A stretch of DNA of 64,000 nucleotides from contig JAGXBC010000003.1 in the NCBI GenBank assembly GCA_018971305.1, forward strand, positions 28,325 through 92,324, read 5' to 3'. The position numbers and the translations under genes are program-made. Source of the stretch: Patescibacteria group bacterium. GTDB lineage: Bacteria; Patescibacteriota; Minisyncoccia; UBA6257; 2-01-FULL-56-20. The notes beneath the pieces are model-generated. The model did not search any database, was not told where the DNA came from, and worked only from the letters and a program-made list of their open reading frames with translations. Shown here piece after piece: positions 47,802 to 57,847 of the stretch; the stretch's first letter is position 1, and each line of letters opens with the position of its first letter.

Positions 47802-47847
47802 ATTGATAGCGGTAAAAATGTTAGAATAAATGAAATCATAAAATATC

Positions 47848-48219
47848 ATGAATAGAACGGCGGAGATAATCTTAAGGTGGGGTTTGGCATTCACATTTTT
47901 TTATGCCGCCATAGCCGGCCTTTTGAACCCCAATGATTGGATAGGTTATCTCCCGGGATTTTTGACCGCAACGTTTCCTGCCGGGCTGGTTCTTGCGGTT
48001 TTTTCTGTTTACGAAATCATCTTGGCGGTGCTGCTTTTCGCGGGGAGAAAACTCCGCTGGGCCTCGCTTTTGTCGGCGCTTACTTTCGCAGGCATTGTTA
48101 TCTCCAATATCGGCATTTTAGAGATAACCTTTCGTGACGTAGGGCTTATGATGGCAGCCCTCGCGTTATACGAGTTGGTTAAAAATAATAAAAATACCAA
48201 AGCGGAGGAAGAATTATGA
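47848..48219 (+). CDS. DoxX-family small membrane protein
   Basis: 123 aa, four TM helices, DoxX-like topology. Confidence 0.55.
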   Translation: MNRTAEIILRWGLAFTFFYAAIAGLLNPNDWIGYLPGFLTATFPAGLVLAVFSVYEIILAVLLFAGRKLRWASLLSALTFAGIVISNIGILEITFRDVGLMMAALALYELVKNNKNTKAEEEL

Positions 48220-49247
48220 AGCGCTGGCTTAAGGTAATATTTTTGACGGCAGGTCCGCTTTTTTGTTTTTGGTCTGCGTATCCGGTTTATGCTCATGAGA
48301 ATTATGTTTTGACAAAGGAACAAATTAGCGCCGGAATGTCCGATTGGAGTATTAATGTCTGGGATGCCTTAAGGGACTCTCATAATTTGGCTATATCTTT
48401 GGAAGTTGGAGCAGGAATACTCGCCGTATTCGTATTATATTTTTTATTTGATAGGTCACGCTGGGGGGTCGCTCTCGACGGGAAAATCAGAGTTCTTGAG
48501 CCGTTAGGTGAGTGGCTCGTACGTTTCGCGGTCGGCGCCTCTCTAATCTACTCGGCAGCCACGCATGTTTTTTTAGGTCCGGAAATTCCTCTTGCTTCAA
48601 TACCGGGCGGGCAAATCTGGGAATGGGTTCTGTATGTCGTAGGCGCGCTTCTTATTCTTGGACTTTTTTCCCGTGTGGCAGGAGCCGTTTCTCTGCTGAT
48701 AATTTCCCTCGCTACGATAATTTACCGCGATTATATGCTTACCTATTTCAATTATTTTGGTGAGTTTGCCGCCCTTGTTTTATTCGGCTCGTATGTTTTT
48801 TCTCTTGACCGCTTGAGAGCTGCCGGGAAAAATATTTCCCGCAGAATTAAGGACTACGAAACAGCCATCTTGCGGATAACTTACGGAGTTTCCGTCTTAT
48901 ACCCGGCTATTTCAATTAAGCTTCTCCACCCGATAATAATCGTCCAGATAGTTAACCAATATCACTTAAACCAGATCCACTGGCTTTTCCCGCAGGATCC
49001 GCTTTTGATTTCTCTGGGTACGGGACTTGCTCAAATTCTCGTGGGATTGTTGATTATAATCGGTTTTGAAACGCGTCTCGCATCTTTCGCCACGCTTATT
49101 CTTTATATGATGTCAATTTTATATTTTAAGGAAACAGTTTGGCCGCATTATATATTGCTGGCGCTCGCATTATATTTTGTTATCAACGACGGCGGTGGTT
49201 TGACTCTGGATGCGAAGCTGAAACGTAAATCTTTTCCGGCTAATTAG
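48216..49247 (+). CDS. polytopic membrane protein (hypothetical)
   Basis: Signal peptide plus about 8 TM helices. Start overlaps the previous stop. Confidence 0.5.
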   Translation: MKRWLKVIFLTAGPLFCFWSAYPVYAHENYVLTKEQISAGMSDWSINVWDALRDSHNLAISLEVGAGILAVFVLYFLFDRSRWGVALDGKIRVLEPLGEWLVRFAVGASLIYSAATHVFLGPEIPLASIPGGQIWEWVLYVVGALLILGLFSRVAGAVSLLIISLATIIYRDYMLTYFNYFGEFAALVLFGSYVFSLDRLRAAGKNISRRIKDYETAILRITYGVSVLYPAISIKLLHPIIIVQIVNQYHLNQIHWLFPQDPLLISLGTGLAQILVGLLIIIGFETRLASFATLILYMMSILYFKETVWPHYILLALALYFVINDGGGLTLDAKLKRKSFPAN

Positions 49248-49284
49248 GCTTGCCAAGCATCTCCATATAGGCGAAACTGAAGCT

Positions 49285-50052
49285 ATGCATATTCTTCGCA
49301 CGAGATTCAAGAAGGAGATCGTTTCCGAATTTTTACCGCCTTTTCGGAGAGCGGATTGGAAACATGGCAGGATTATTATTTTCTGTTCAGGAATGCCATC
49401 CGTTCCGGCAAAAGGCGGGTTACTGGAATTTTGGTCCAAGAAAGGATACTGGGTGTTTTTGCCGCGTTATCGCGGTACCTGGGAAAGTGGGGGGAAATTT
49501 TTGCGTGTTTCGCCGGAGAAGGATATTATGGACGTCATAGACGGTCTTAGTAGTGGCATAAAAGATCTATGGGGTGGTCCTGGTGGTGGCAAGATTTATC
49601 GTCTGCATCCGAGGAAAATATTTATAATCGGCGGCAGTTTTGGCGGTCCGGCGGCGATACTCTGCTCGCGGGATAAGAGAGTGGTAAAGAGCGTTGCTAT
49701 CTCGCCGGTCATAGATTGGCGGGTAGATAGTAAAATTGAGCCGATGGGCATGCTTTCCAGGTTCACGCGCTCCGCATTCGGCGAGGCTTATCGTTTTTCG
49801 CAGAGCGATTGGAAGAGGTTGAGCGGTGGCAAGTTTTATAGTCCGGCAGAACATACCCGGGAAATAGACGGCAAAAAGATATTTATTATTCAAGCTAAAG
49901 ACGACAAATATGTTTTTTGGCAACCGGCAAGAAAATTTGCTAAATATACGGGTGCTAAACTTTTGCTCCTTAAAAAAGGCGGCCATCTATCGTTGGACAT
50001 CACGATGCAGCCAAGATTTTATAAACTAATCAGGAAGTTTATGAGGTCATGA
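49285..50052 (+). CDS. alpha/beta hydrolase (dienelactone hydrolase / S9-like)
   Basis: Nucleophile elbow IIGGSFGG. Confidence 0.6.
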   Translation: MHILRTRFKKEIVSEFLPPFRRADWKHGRIIIFCSGMPSVPAKGGLLEFWSKKGYWVFLPRYRGTWESGGKFLRVSPEKDIMDVIDGLSSGIKDLWGGPGGGKIYRLHPRKIFIIGGSFGGPAAILCSRDKRVVKSVAISPVIDWRVDSKIEPMGMLSRFTRSAFGEAYRFSQSDWKRLSGGKFYSPAEHTREIDGKKIFIIQAKDDKYVFWQPARKFAKYTGAKLLLLKKGGHLSLDITMQPRFYKLIRKFMRS

Positions 50053-50807
50053 AAGTAGTTTCTTGGAATGTTAACGGATTGAGGTCCGTGCGGCGTAAGG
50101 GGCACGAGGATTTTCTTAAAGAATTCGGTGCAGATTTCGTTTGTCTGCAGGAAATAAAGGCGCAAAAAGAATATATGAACGAGGGTCTATTCGCCGAGGC
50201 GTCGACGCACTGTTATTTTAACGATGCCGACAAAAAAGGTTATAGCGGCGTTGCTATCTATACGAAACGCAAGCCGATAAAGATGTGGCAAGATATTGGG
50301 CACAAACGATTTGATAGCGAAGGGAGATTTTTGCGCCTGGATTATGATGATTTTACCCTTATAAATATCTATATCCCACACGGAGGGAGAGATAAAGAGA
50401 ACTTAGCTTATAAATTGGAGGTCTACGATTGTTTACTTCGTTATCTTAAAGATATCCAGGAAAACAACATTATAATGGTCGGAGATTTTAATATCGCGCA
50501 CGATGAAATCGATTTGGCTCGTCCCAAAGACAATCATGACAATATTATGTTTACGCGGGAAGAGAGGGCGCAGATAGACAAATTATTAGGATTTGGTTTC
50601 CTGGACACATTCAGGGAGATTTATAAAGATGGAGGCCACTTTACTTGGTGGCCCTACCGCCTTGATCTACGCGAGAGAAATATAGGTTGGAGGATAGATT
50701 ATATTTTTGTTTCACGATCAATCGCGGACAATTTGCGGGAAGTAGCTATTTTGAAAAATACGGCCGGTTCCGATCATTGCCCGATTACTGCGAAGTTAGT
50801 AATATAA
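50049..50807 (+). CDS. xth: exodeoxyribonuclease III (AP endonuclease, EEP family)
   Basis: VVSWNVNGLRS, FVCLQEIK and C-terminal SDHCPI motifs. Confidence 0.85.
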   Translation: MKVVSWNVNGLRSVRRKGHEDFLKEFGADFVCLQEIKAQKEYMNEGLFAEASTHCYFNDADKKGYSGVAIYTKRKPIKMWQDIGHKRFDSEGRFLRLDYDDFTLINIYIPHGGRDKENLAYKLEVYDCLLRYLKDIQENNIIMVGDFNIAHDEIDLARPKDNHDNIMFTREERAQIDKLLGFGFLDTFREIYKDGGHFTWWPYRLDLRERNIGWRIDYIFVSRSIADNLREVAILKNTAGSDHCPITAKLVI

Positions 50808-50811
50808 ATCC

Positions 50812-51807
50812 ATGAAACTCTCAATCGGCATCGTTGGTCTGCCGAATGTCGGCAAGTCCACGCTGTTCAAAATTTTGACGAAGCAGGATATAAACATCGC
50901 GAATTATCCTTTCGCGACCATAGACCCGAACGTGGGCGTAGTTCCTGTTCCTGACGAACGGCTCGCGAAACTCGCCGAGATGAGCCATTCCAAAAAAATT
51001 CTGCCGGCCGTGGTGGAATTTTACGATATTGCCGGGCTAGTAAAGGGAGCGAACAAAGGCGAGGGATTGGGAAATCAATTTCTCGCGAACATCCGTGAGA
51101 CACAGGCGATAGTTGTGGTTTTGCGGACATTTGAGAACTCTGAAATAATACACGTGGAAAATTCCGTGGATCCGATGAGAGACCTGGAAATAATAAATTC
51201 CGAACTTGCGTTGAAAGATCTGGAAACCGTAGATAAAAGATTGCAGAAACTGGAAGGGGAGGCAAGAACAGGAGACAAGAAAGCCGTAAGGAACCTTGAA
51301 ATTCTTAAAGCTGTTAAGGAGGAACTAAACAAAGGTAATTTAACAATTAAATTCGCCGACGAAGAGATAATGAAAGAATTGCAACTTTTAACGGGGAAAA
51401 AACAACTATATTTATTGAATGGGCCGGCGGAAGGAGCAACGAAGCAGTTGCTGGACAAGATAAAATCCCTCGGCGGCGATTATTTGGCCTCGGATCTCGG
51501 TAACACCAACGTGATTCCGGAATTAATTAAGGAGGCCTACAAGGTGTTGGGATTGATAAGCTTTCTTACGACAGGCGAAGACGAAACGCGCGCTTGGACT
51601 ATACAAGATGGCGCTAAAGCCCCGCAGGCCGCCGGAGTTATTCACACGGATTTCGAAAAGAATTTTATCCGCGCCGAGGTGGTCAATTGGCAAAAATTAT
51701 TGGAAGCCGGCAGCTGGGTTAATGCCAAACAGAAGGGATTGATAAAATTGGAAGGCAAGGATTATGTTATTCAGGACGGAGACGTGGTCGTTGTAAGGCA
51801 TGGATAA
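50812..51807 (+). CDS. ychF: ribosome-binding ATPase YchF
   Basis: GIVGLPNVGKSTLF G1 motif and C-terminal TGS domain. Confidence 0.9.
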   Translation: MKLSIGIVGLPNVGKSTLFKILTKQDINIANYPFATIDPNVGVVPVPDERLAKLAEMSHSKKILPAVVEFYDIAGLVKGANKGEGLGNQFLANIRETQAIVVVLRTFENSEIIHVENSVDPMRDLEIINSELALKDLETVDKRLQKLEGEARTGDKKAVRNLEILKAVKEELNKGNLTIKFADEEIMKELQLLTGKKQLYLLNGPAEGATKQLLDKIKSLGGDYLASDLGNTNVIPELIKEAYKVLGLISFLTTGEDETRAWTIQDGAKAPQAAGVIHTDFEKNFIRAEVVNWQKLLEAGSWVNAKQKGLIKLEGKDYVIQDGDVVVVRHG

Positions 51808-51873
51808 ATATTTTTGATAATGGCGATTGACTTACGTGCACGACCAATTCTATACTCAGTCTAGATATTACTG

Positions 51874-52476
51874 TTGGAAAAGGGGTGTTATATGTTTGAG
51901 GCCGTCCTTATCTATATCGATATAATAATCGGTATCGGGGTACTAATTATTCTTTGTAACAGATTGATTCTGTGGCCAGAAGCAGAGCTTCCTAATTGGG
52001 ATACCGAGGGTAGGAAGTTGTTGAAAACAACATTTGACGAGGTGTGGTTTCTTGCGTGTCGCAAGAAGCAGATATCCTGCAAGAAGCCAAAGGCTGTAAC
52101 CTTACAGAATTATCGCCTCCAATATAATTCTTTAGCAGAAGCCCATCAGAAATATATAATATTTATGAGGGCTTTTCTCACCGTTAAGACGGCACAGGAT
52201 AGGCAATTCGTTATTGGTCACGAAATCGGTCATATTGTTCTGGGACACGTTGATATTCCCGACAAACTAAAAGATAAAGAACTATGCGAACGCGAGGCCT
52301 ATTTATTTTCCGCCAGTTTATTTGATAATGGTTTAGAATTACTTAGGAATGAAATGCATAGAATTGATGAACGACGCAGACTTCGTCTTTATCGTTTGTC
52401 TTTTGGGAGGTATTTTGTCGGGGGAATATATAAGAAGGCACTACGTCGCGCAATCTCTATAATGGCTACGCAGTAA
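51874..52476 (+). CDS. ImmA/IrrE-family metallo-endopeptidase with N-terminal TM segment
   Basis: HEIGHIVLGH (HExxH) in the ImmA/IrrE context. Probable start at 51892. Confidence 0.55.
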   Translation: MEKGCYMFEAVLIYIDIIIGIGVLIILCNRLILWPEAELPNWDTEGRKLLKTTFDEVWFLACRKKQISCKKPKAVTLQNYRLQYNSLAEAHQKYIIFMRAFLTVKTAQDRQFVIGHEIGHIVLGHVDIPDKLKDKELCEREAYLFSASLFDNGLELLRNEMHRIDERRRLRLYRLSFGRYFVGGIYKKALRRAISIMATQ

Positions 52477-52479
52477 ACC

Positions 52480-53085
52480 TTAACCCCGTTTTTCCAGCGC
52501 CGACCCCAGTGTTTCGTCGTCGGCGAATTCAATTTCGCCGCCGGTAGGTAAGCCGCGACCCAAGCGGCTTATTTTTTTAGAGAAAGGTTCAAGTTCTTTG
52601 GTTATGAGCGAGGCGTGGAAATCGCCTAAGCTCGTGGGATTGAAGGCAAGAACTATTTCCTCCGCTTTCTTGCCGGGCAATTCTTTTTCTATGAAACTTT
52701 TCAGGTTCTGCAGGCGAAGTTTTTGCCAGTCGTTCATAAGTCCGGTTTTGGGAATTTCGCCCAGGATCAAATAACGGCCTGTAAATTTCCCCGTGTTTTC
52801 CAGCGAGATAAGGTCGGTTTCTTTTTCAACAATAACTATAATGCTTTGCTTGCGCGCTGGATTTCTGCAGATATCGCAGAGGCCATCTTTGTTTTGGTGG
52901 ACAAAAAAACAGCGCTCGCATGTTTTTATCTGCCGCAGGTCGTCAACGCTTTTCGCCAAGCCGCGTATGTTCTGTTCGCCTCGGCCTACAAGATAAAAAG
53001 CGAGCCGCATGGCTTGGCGCGGTCCGATGGATGGCAATTCGCTTAGTTCGTCCGCGAGATTTTTAATAGCCTCCGGCAGTTTCAT
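52480..53085 (-). CDS. recR: recombination protein RecR
   Basis: HhH LSELPSIGPRQAMRLAF, C4 zinc finger CERCF...CDIC, Toprim domain. Confidence 0.9.
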   Translation of the reverse strand: MKLPEAIKNLADELSELPSIGPRQAMRLAFYLVGRGEQNIRGLAKSVDDLRQIKTCERCFFVHQNKDGLCDICRNPARKQSIIVIVEKETDLISLENTGKFTGRYLILGEIPKTGLMNDWQKLRLQNLKSFIEKELPGKKAEEIVLAFNPTSLGDFHASLITKELEPFSKKISRLGRGLPTGGEIEFADDETLGSALEKRG

Positions 53086-54430
53086 TGTTATGTATTCTGT
53101 CTATATTTTTGAAAGATACGCGTTCGGCATCAAATCTTAGGTTAACGCTGCCAATCGGACCGTTTCTGTGCTTGGCGATATTGATTTGCGCCATATTCTG
53201 TTCTTCAATAGGCACGTCAATTCTGTCGCGGTCTTTGCGGTAGATGAACATAACAACGTCGGCGTCTTGTTCAATACTTCCGGATTCCCTGAGGTCCGAC
53301 AGTTTCGGGACTTTGTTATCGCGCTGATCCACGGCCCGGGAAAGCTGGGAAACGGCGAGAACGGGGACTTTGAGTTCGCGAGCAAGAGCTTTCAGGCTCC
53401 GGGAAATTTCCGTGACCTGGGCTACCATATTATCGCTTGAGGTTCTTGGACGGATAAGCTGGAGATAGTCAACGATAAGAAGTCCCAACCCGTGCTCAAC
53501 CTGAAGGCGCCTGGCCATTGAACGCATCTGCATTATATTCAAAGATGGCGTGTCGTCTATAAAGATCGCCGTATTGGAAAGCTTGTCCAGGGAATTCTGG
53601 ATCATGGAAAATTCCGTATCGTCGGCTATCCTCCCGGTTAATATTTTCCAGAGAGGTACTTGCGATTCTGCCGAAATAATTCTGTCTATTACTTGTTCCC
53701 GCGACATTTCCAAAGAAAATATGCCTACAGGCAGGCCGCTTTTTATAGCCGCGTTGCGGGCTATGTCCAATACCAGAGAGGTTTTCCCCAAAGACGGCCT
53801 CGCGCCAAGGACAACGAGTTCCGATTTCTGCAAGCCGCCCAGGATATTATCCAGTTCGTTGAATCCCGTGGGAATGCCGCGAATCTTGCCTCCGCCGCGA
53901 TGCAAGGTCTCTATTCTTTCATAGGCAGTTTTCAATTCTTCTTTGAGATTCACAAAATTTTGCGGCAGAGATTTTTGCGAGATGGACAGGATTTTTTGCT
54001 CAATGTTATCCAGTATATCTTCCATTTCGCCTGATGGGCTGAAAACATCTTCGGTAATCTCTGCTGAGGCCCGGATAAGATCGCGCAGAACTTTTTTATC
54101 TTTTACAGTTTTGGCGTAATCGGTGATGTTTGAAGCGGTGGCCACCTGGTTGGTGAGATCCGCTATATACGAGGAGCCACCGATTTCTTTCAACAGCTCT
54201 TGTTCTTTAAGGCGGCTACTGACTGTGAGAAGGTCTATCGGCTGATGTTTTTCGTAAAGCTCCATGATGATGCTGAAAATCTTTTCATGTTTCGGGTCGT
54301 AGAAATCGGACGGTGTTAAAATATCCGCTACGCGGAAGATTGCGTTTTTGTCTATTAAAATTCCGCCCAAGACGGCCTGCTCGGCTTCAAGGTTCTGCGG
54401 CGGGAGTTTTAGATTTGATTTTTTGGCCAT
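53063..54430 (-). CDS. dnaB: replicative DNA helicase DnaB
   Basis: Walker A GARPSLGKTS, DnaB N-terminal domain, RecA-like C-terminal domain. Confidence 0.9.
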   Translation of the reverse strand: MAKKSNLKLPPQNLEAEQAVLGGILIDKNAIFRVADILTPSDFYDPKHEKIFSIIMELYEKHQPIDLLTVSSRLKEQELLKEIGGSSYIADLTNQVATASNITDYAKTVKDKKVLRDLIRASAEITEDVFSPSGEMEDILDNIEQKILSISQKSLPQNFVNLKEELKTAYERIETLHRGGGKIRGIPTGFNELDNILGGLQKSELVVLGARPSLGKTSLVLDIARNAAIKSGLPVGIFSLEMSREQVIDRIISAESQVPLWKILTGRIADDTEFSMIQNSLDKLSNTAIFIDDTPSLNIMQMRSMARRLQVEHGLGLLIVDYLQLIRPRTSSDNMVAQVTEISRSLKALARELKVPVLAVSQLSRAVDQRDNKVPKLSDLRESGSIEQDADVVMFIYRKDRDRIDVPIEEQNMAQINIAKHRNGPIGSVNLRFDAERVSFKNIDRIHNNETAGGY

Positions 54431-55812
54431 AAGAACGGTCCCTTAGGAGTATCCTCAATTACGTATCCTAAACTATCTATTTCTTTTCTCAAGGCGTCGG
54501 ACTGGACAAACTGTTTATTAACTCTGAACGTTTCACGCTCGGAGGCCAATTGCCAGGCTTTTGCAGGAATTTCCGGTGACTTAAAAGAGAATCCCAGAGC
54601 CGCGAATTTTCCCTTGAGGTATTTCGCCAGTGATTTGGCGGTATCGGGCTCTATGGTCCAAATCTTGGGTTGGAGTTCCAGTATGGCATTGAATATATGG
54701 GCAATAGCTGTCGGAGTATTGATATCGTCGGCAAGGGCCGATGCGAATGCGATATCAGTTTTCTTTTCAATAGGATTATCGCCCCTAGGCGAATCTTCCG
54801 AAATATTTTTTGAGGAGAATTCCAACCCGGCCAAGAATTTTTGTGTACCGTCTATGGCAGACTTTGCCTGCCTGGCGCTTTCATCGGAGTAATCAATAGG
54901 GGAGCGGTAGTGGTGCGTGAGCGTTATCCAGCGCAAAACATCGGGTGGATATTTTTTTAAGAAATCACGGATAGTTATAAAATTTCCCAAACTTTTGGAC
55001 ATTTTCTTACCTTCAACGAGCAGGACTCCGGTGTGTATCCACAGTTTCACAAATGGCTTCAAGCCCGATGCCGATTCTTGCTGGGCCATTTCTGCTTCGT
55101 GATGGGGGAAAACCAGGTCCACGCCGCCACCGTGGATATCATATTGCGGGCCGAAATATTTTTCCGTTATCGCCGTGTCTTCAATGTGCCAGCCGGGCCT
55201 GCCGTCTCCGAGATTTTTTTCCGGCCAAACCGGTTCATTCGGTTTGGAAAACTTCCAAAGACAGAAATCCCCTTTGTTGCGCTTATTGATAGATTCGTCG
55301 ATCCGAGACAGGGCATCCTCTGCTTGTGTAGCCGTTCTGCCCGAGAGCTTTCCGTACTCTTTATCTTTAGAAATATCAAAGTACCAGCCATCGCCGTCTA
55401 TCTTATAGGCGAAGCCTTTTTCGATGAGTCGTTCAACCTGGGAAATAATCTGAGGGATAAACTTTGTGGCCGGGGCGTAATTGGTTATAGCGTCTACTCC
55501 CAGCGTTTCCATATCCTCCAGATATTTTTCGGTAAAAAATTTAGAAAGCTCTTCGGCCGTTTTATTTTCTTCCGCCGCGCGTTTGATTATTTTGTCGTCA
55601 ACGTCGGTTATGTTCTGAAGATACTCCACTTCGTATCCCTGCGAGCGCAAATATTTCGCTAAAAAATCAAAAAATATGTAAGTTCGAGCGTGGCCGATAT
55701 GAGCGTAGTCGTAGACTGTTGGGCCGCAGACAAAAACCTTCAGCGGTTTGCCAGCTTGCGGTTCCGGCAGCGGTTCTTTTTTGCGTGTGAGAGTGTTATA
55801 AATTTTAATCAT
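54409..55812 (-). CDS. cysS: cysteinyl-tRNA synthetase
   Basis: HIGH (AHIGHAR) and KMSKS motifs. Confidence 0.9.
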   Translation of the reverse strand: MIKIYNTLTRKKEPLPEPQAGKPLKVFVCGPTVYDYAHIGHARTYIFFDFLAKYLRSQGYEVEYLQNITDVDDKIIKRAAEENKTAEELSKFFTEKYLEDMETLGVDAITNYAPATKFIPQIISQVERLIEKGFAYKIDGDGWYFDISKDKEYGKLSGRTATQAEDALSRIDESINKRNKGDFCLWKFSKPNEPVWPEKNLGDGRPGWHIEDTAITEKYFGPQYDIHGGGVDLVFPHHEAEMAQQESASGLKPFVKLWIHTGVLLVEGKKMSKSLGNFITIRDFLKKYPPDVLRWITLTHHYRSPIDYSDESARQAKSAIDGTQKFLAGLEFSSKNISEDSPRGDNPIEKKTDIAFASALADDINTPTAIAHIFNAILELQPKIWTIEPDTAKSLAKYLKGKFAALGFSFKSPEIPAKAWQLASERETFRVNKQFVQSDALRKEIDSLGYVIEDTPKGPFLWPKNQI

Positions 55813-55814
55813 TT

Positions 55815-56861
55815 TTAGGGGTGTAGATAGAATGCTATACCAATAATGGCATAAGCGGCAACCAGTTGCAGTCCTTCCAGCCAGTTGCTTTCACCGTCGG
55901 CGACTACGAGATTTACCAAGATGATGGAAAGTACAATAGAAACCAGTTCAAAAAGATTAAAGATAATGCTCATTTGAGTCGTGAAGAAGAGACTGACGAT
56001 TACAAGGAACGGCGCGACGAACATTATGATTTGCGTTGCTGAACCGATGGCCACCTGCAGAGCCAGATCCATTCTGTTTTTCATAGCCATGGTGATGGCA
56101 GAGGTGTGTTCAGCGGCGTTGCCGATAATGGCCACGAAGATTACGCCGATAAACAGTTCCGTCCAGCCAAATGTTTTAACCATGGGCTCTATGGAATTTA
56201 CGAGCAATTCGCTTACCCAGGAAACAGCCAAAGTCGCGAATAGAAGAATAAGCACGCTTTTTTTATTGCTCCAGCGGGGTTCAAGTTTTACCTCTTCTTC
56301 GGTGTAAAGATGTTTGTGGGTAAAAAGAGAGAACCACAATCCCGAGGCGTAGAGAGTGATAATAAGTATAGCCACGAAGATGCTTAGCTCTTCAACCGTG
56401 TTTACGCTCAACCCCTGGGCCGTTTGTGAAAATATTGCCGGTATAGTGAGTGCTATTGCGGCTAAGAACAAAGCAGAGCCGCTCGCCATTGCTGCGGTTC
56501 TGTTAAATTCCTGTTTCTTGTGCCGCAGGCCGCCAAGGAACATCGCTGTTCCGAGTACGAGTAATAAGTTTCCGATAACAGAACCAGTGATAGAAGCCCT
56601 GACAACTTCTATAAGTCCTGCTTTGATCGCAAGAATGCCGATAATAAGTTCCACGGCGTTGCCGAAAGTAGCGTTCAAAAGTCCGCCCCAGGCCGGTCCC
56701 GTGCGCGCGGATAATTCTTCCGTGGCCTCGCCTATGTATTTAGCGAGGGGTATGATAGCTATCGCCGACAAGAAGAAAATATATATCGGCGGCATTCCGA
56801 AAAATTGTCCGATGACGGTCAGGGGGACGAATGCAAGTAAGGCAAGGAAGAACTTGTCCAT
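55815..56861 (-). CDS. Ca2+/cation antiporter (CaCA family, CAX/ChaA-like)
   Basis: Two alpha-repeat GNAVE / GNAAEH motifs and about 10 TM helices. Confidence 0.75.
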   Translation of the reverse strand: MDKFFLALLAFVPLTVIGQFFGMPPIYIFFLSAIAIIPLAKYIGEATEELSARTGPAWGGLLNATFGNAVELIIGILAIKAGLIEVVRASITGSVIGNLLLVLGTAMFLGGLRHKKQEFNRTAAMASGSALFLAAIALTIPAIFSQTAQGLSVNTVEELSIFVAILIITLYASGLWFSLFTHKHLYTEEEVKLEPRWSNKKSVLILLFATLAVSWVSELLVNSIEPMVKTFGWTELFIGVIFVAIIGNAAEHTSAITMAMKNRMDLALQVAIGSATQIIMFVAPFLVIVSLFFTTQMSIIFNLFELVSIVLSIILVNLVVADGESNWLEGLQLVAAYAIIGIAFYLHP

Positions 56862-56876
56862 CTTTAAAGTTTGCCT

Positions 56877-57761
56877 TTATAACCAGCCCCTCTTTTTGAA
56901 ATATATTACAAGAGAAATCATCGCCGCCGCCATAAATCCGAAAACTATCCAGAAAGCGTTGGGGGTATTTATTAGCGGCGTGTCTTTGGTGTTCATGCTG
57001 AAGATAGCCGCTATGAGCATAAAAGGGAATGTTAAGAATGAGAGAGTGGTAAAGGTTTGCATTACCGCATTTATTTTCAAGTCCATCAGCTGATTATTGG
57101 TGTCTTCAAAGTCGGAAATTGTCTCGCGATAGTCGTCGGTGTGGCCGATTATCTTCAGATGGTCGCCGACCAGGTCGTTCAGATAAACTTCGGAATCCGC
57201 TCCCCAGAAATATTTTCCGCGCTGGGCGAAAGAGCGGAGGAGCGAGCCCTGGTGGCGGACGATAATTCTGTATTCAGAAATGTCGCGTTTGAGCCGCGAA
57301 ACCATTTTCAAAACCTCTTTCTCTTTATCTTTAAACAATTCTTTGCTTACTATTTCAACTTTTTCTCCCACATGGCGCAACTGCCGTTCTTCGAAATCCA
57401 TGAGAGCGCTTATGATTTTATAAATCAGTTTGTAGGAATTGGCCTCAGATTTTGTTTTGAGGTCGGAAAGAGCTTCAAGTTTTTCATAATGGACGGTAAT
57501 GATTGCATTTTTGGTTATAATAAAATCTATTTCCGTTCTGTGGGAAGTTTGTTCTTCTTTGTCGTAAATAGGGAAATAATAGATCAGATAAAGATAGTGG
57601 CCATAATCCTCAACTCGCGCGCGCGCCGACGGTCCCTTCAATTCTTCCAAAATAACCGGATGGATGCGGAAATTTTTTTTGAGCCAGTTCAGGTCTGTTT
57701 TGGTGGGGCGGAAAATATCGGTCCATGTTGCGCCGGATTTTTTCTGATTATTTTTAGGCAT
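56877..57761 (-). CDS. corA: CorA-family magnesium/cobalt transporter
   Basis: Cytoplasmic domain plus two C-terminal TM helices with a GMN-like motif (FSMN). Confidence 0.7.
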   Translation of the reverse strand: MPKNNQKKSGATWTDIFRPTKTDLNWLKKNFRIHPVILEELKGPSARARVEDYGHYLYLIYYFPIYDKEEQTSHRTEIDFIITKNAIITVHYEKLEALSDLKTKSEANSYKLIYKIISALMDFEERQLRHVGEKVEIVSKELFKDKEKEVLKMVSRLKRDISEYRIIVRHQGSLLRSFAQRGKYFWGADSEVYLNDLVGDHLKIIGHTDDYRETISDFEDTNNQLMDLKINAVMQTFTTLSFLTFPFMLIAAIFSMNTKDTPLINTPNAFWIVFGFMAAAMISLVIYFKKRGWL

Positions 57762-57847
57762 AGTGTAATTATAGCAAAGCGAGGCTAATTATATAAAAAA
57801 CCTCCATAAGTGCCTTACGTTTTGTTGTTTATTGGCAATCGCTTGAC

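Noticed and set aside
55033-57093. Plus-strand ORFs 55033-55662, 55981-56307 and 56356-57093
   Set aside because: They are antisense to cysS, the CaCA antiporter and corA respectively, all of which have strong family motifs on the minus strand.
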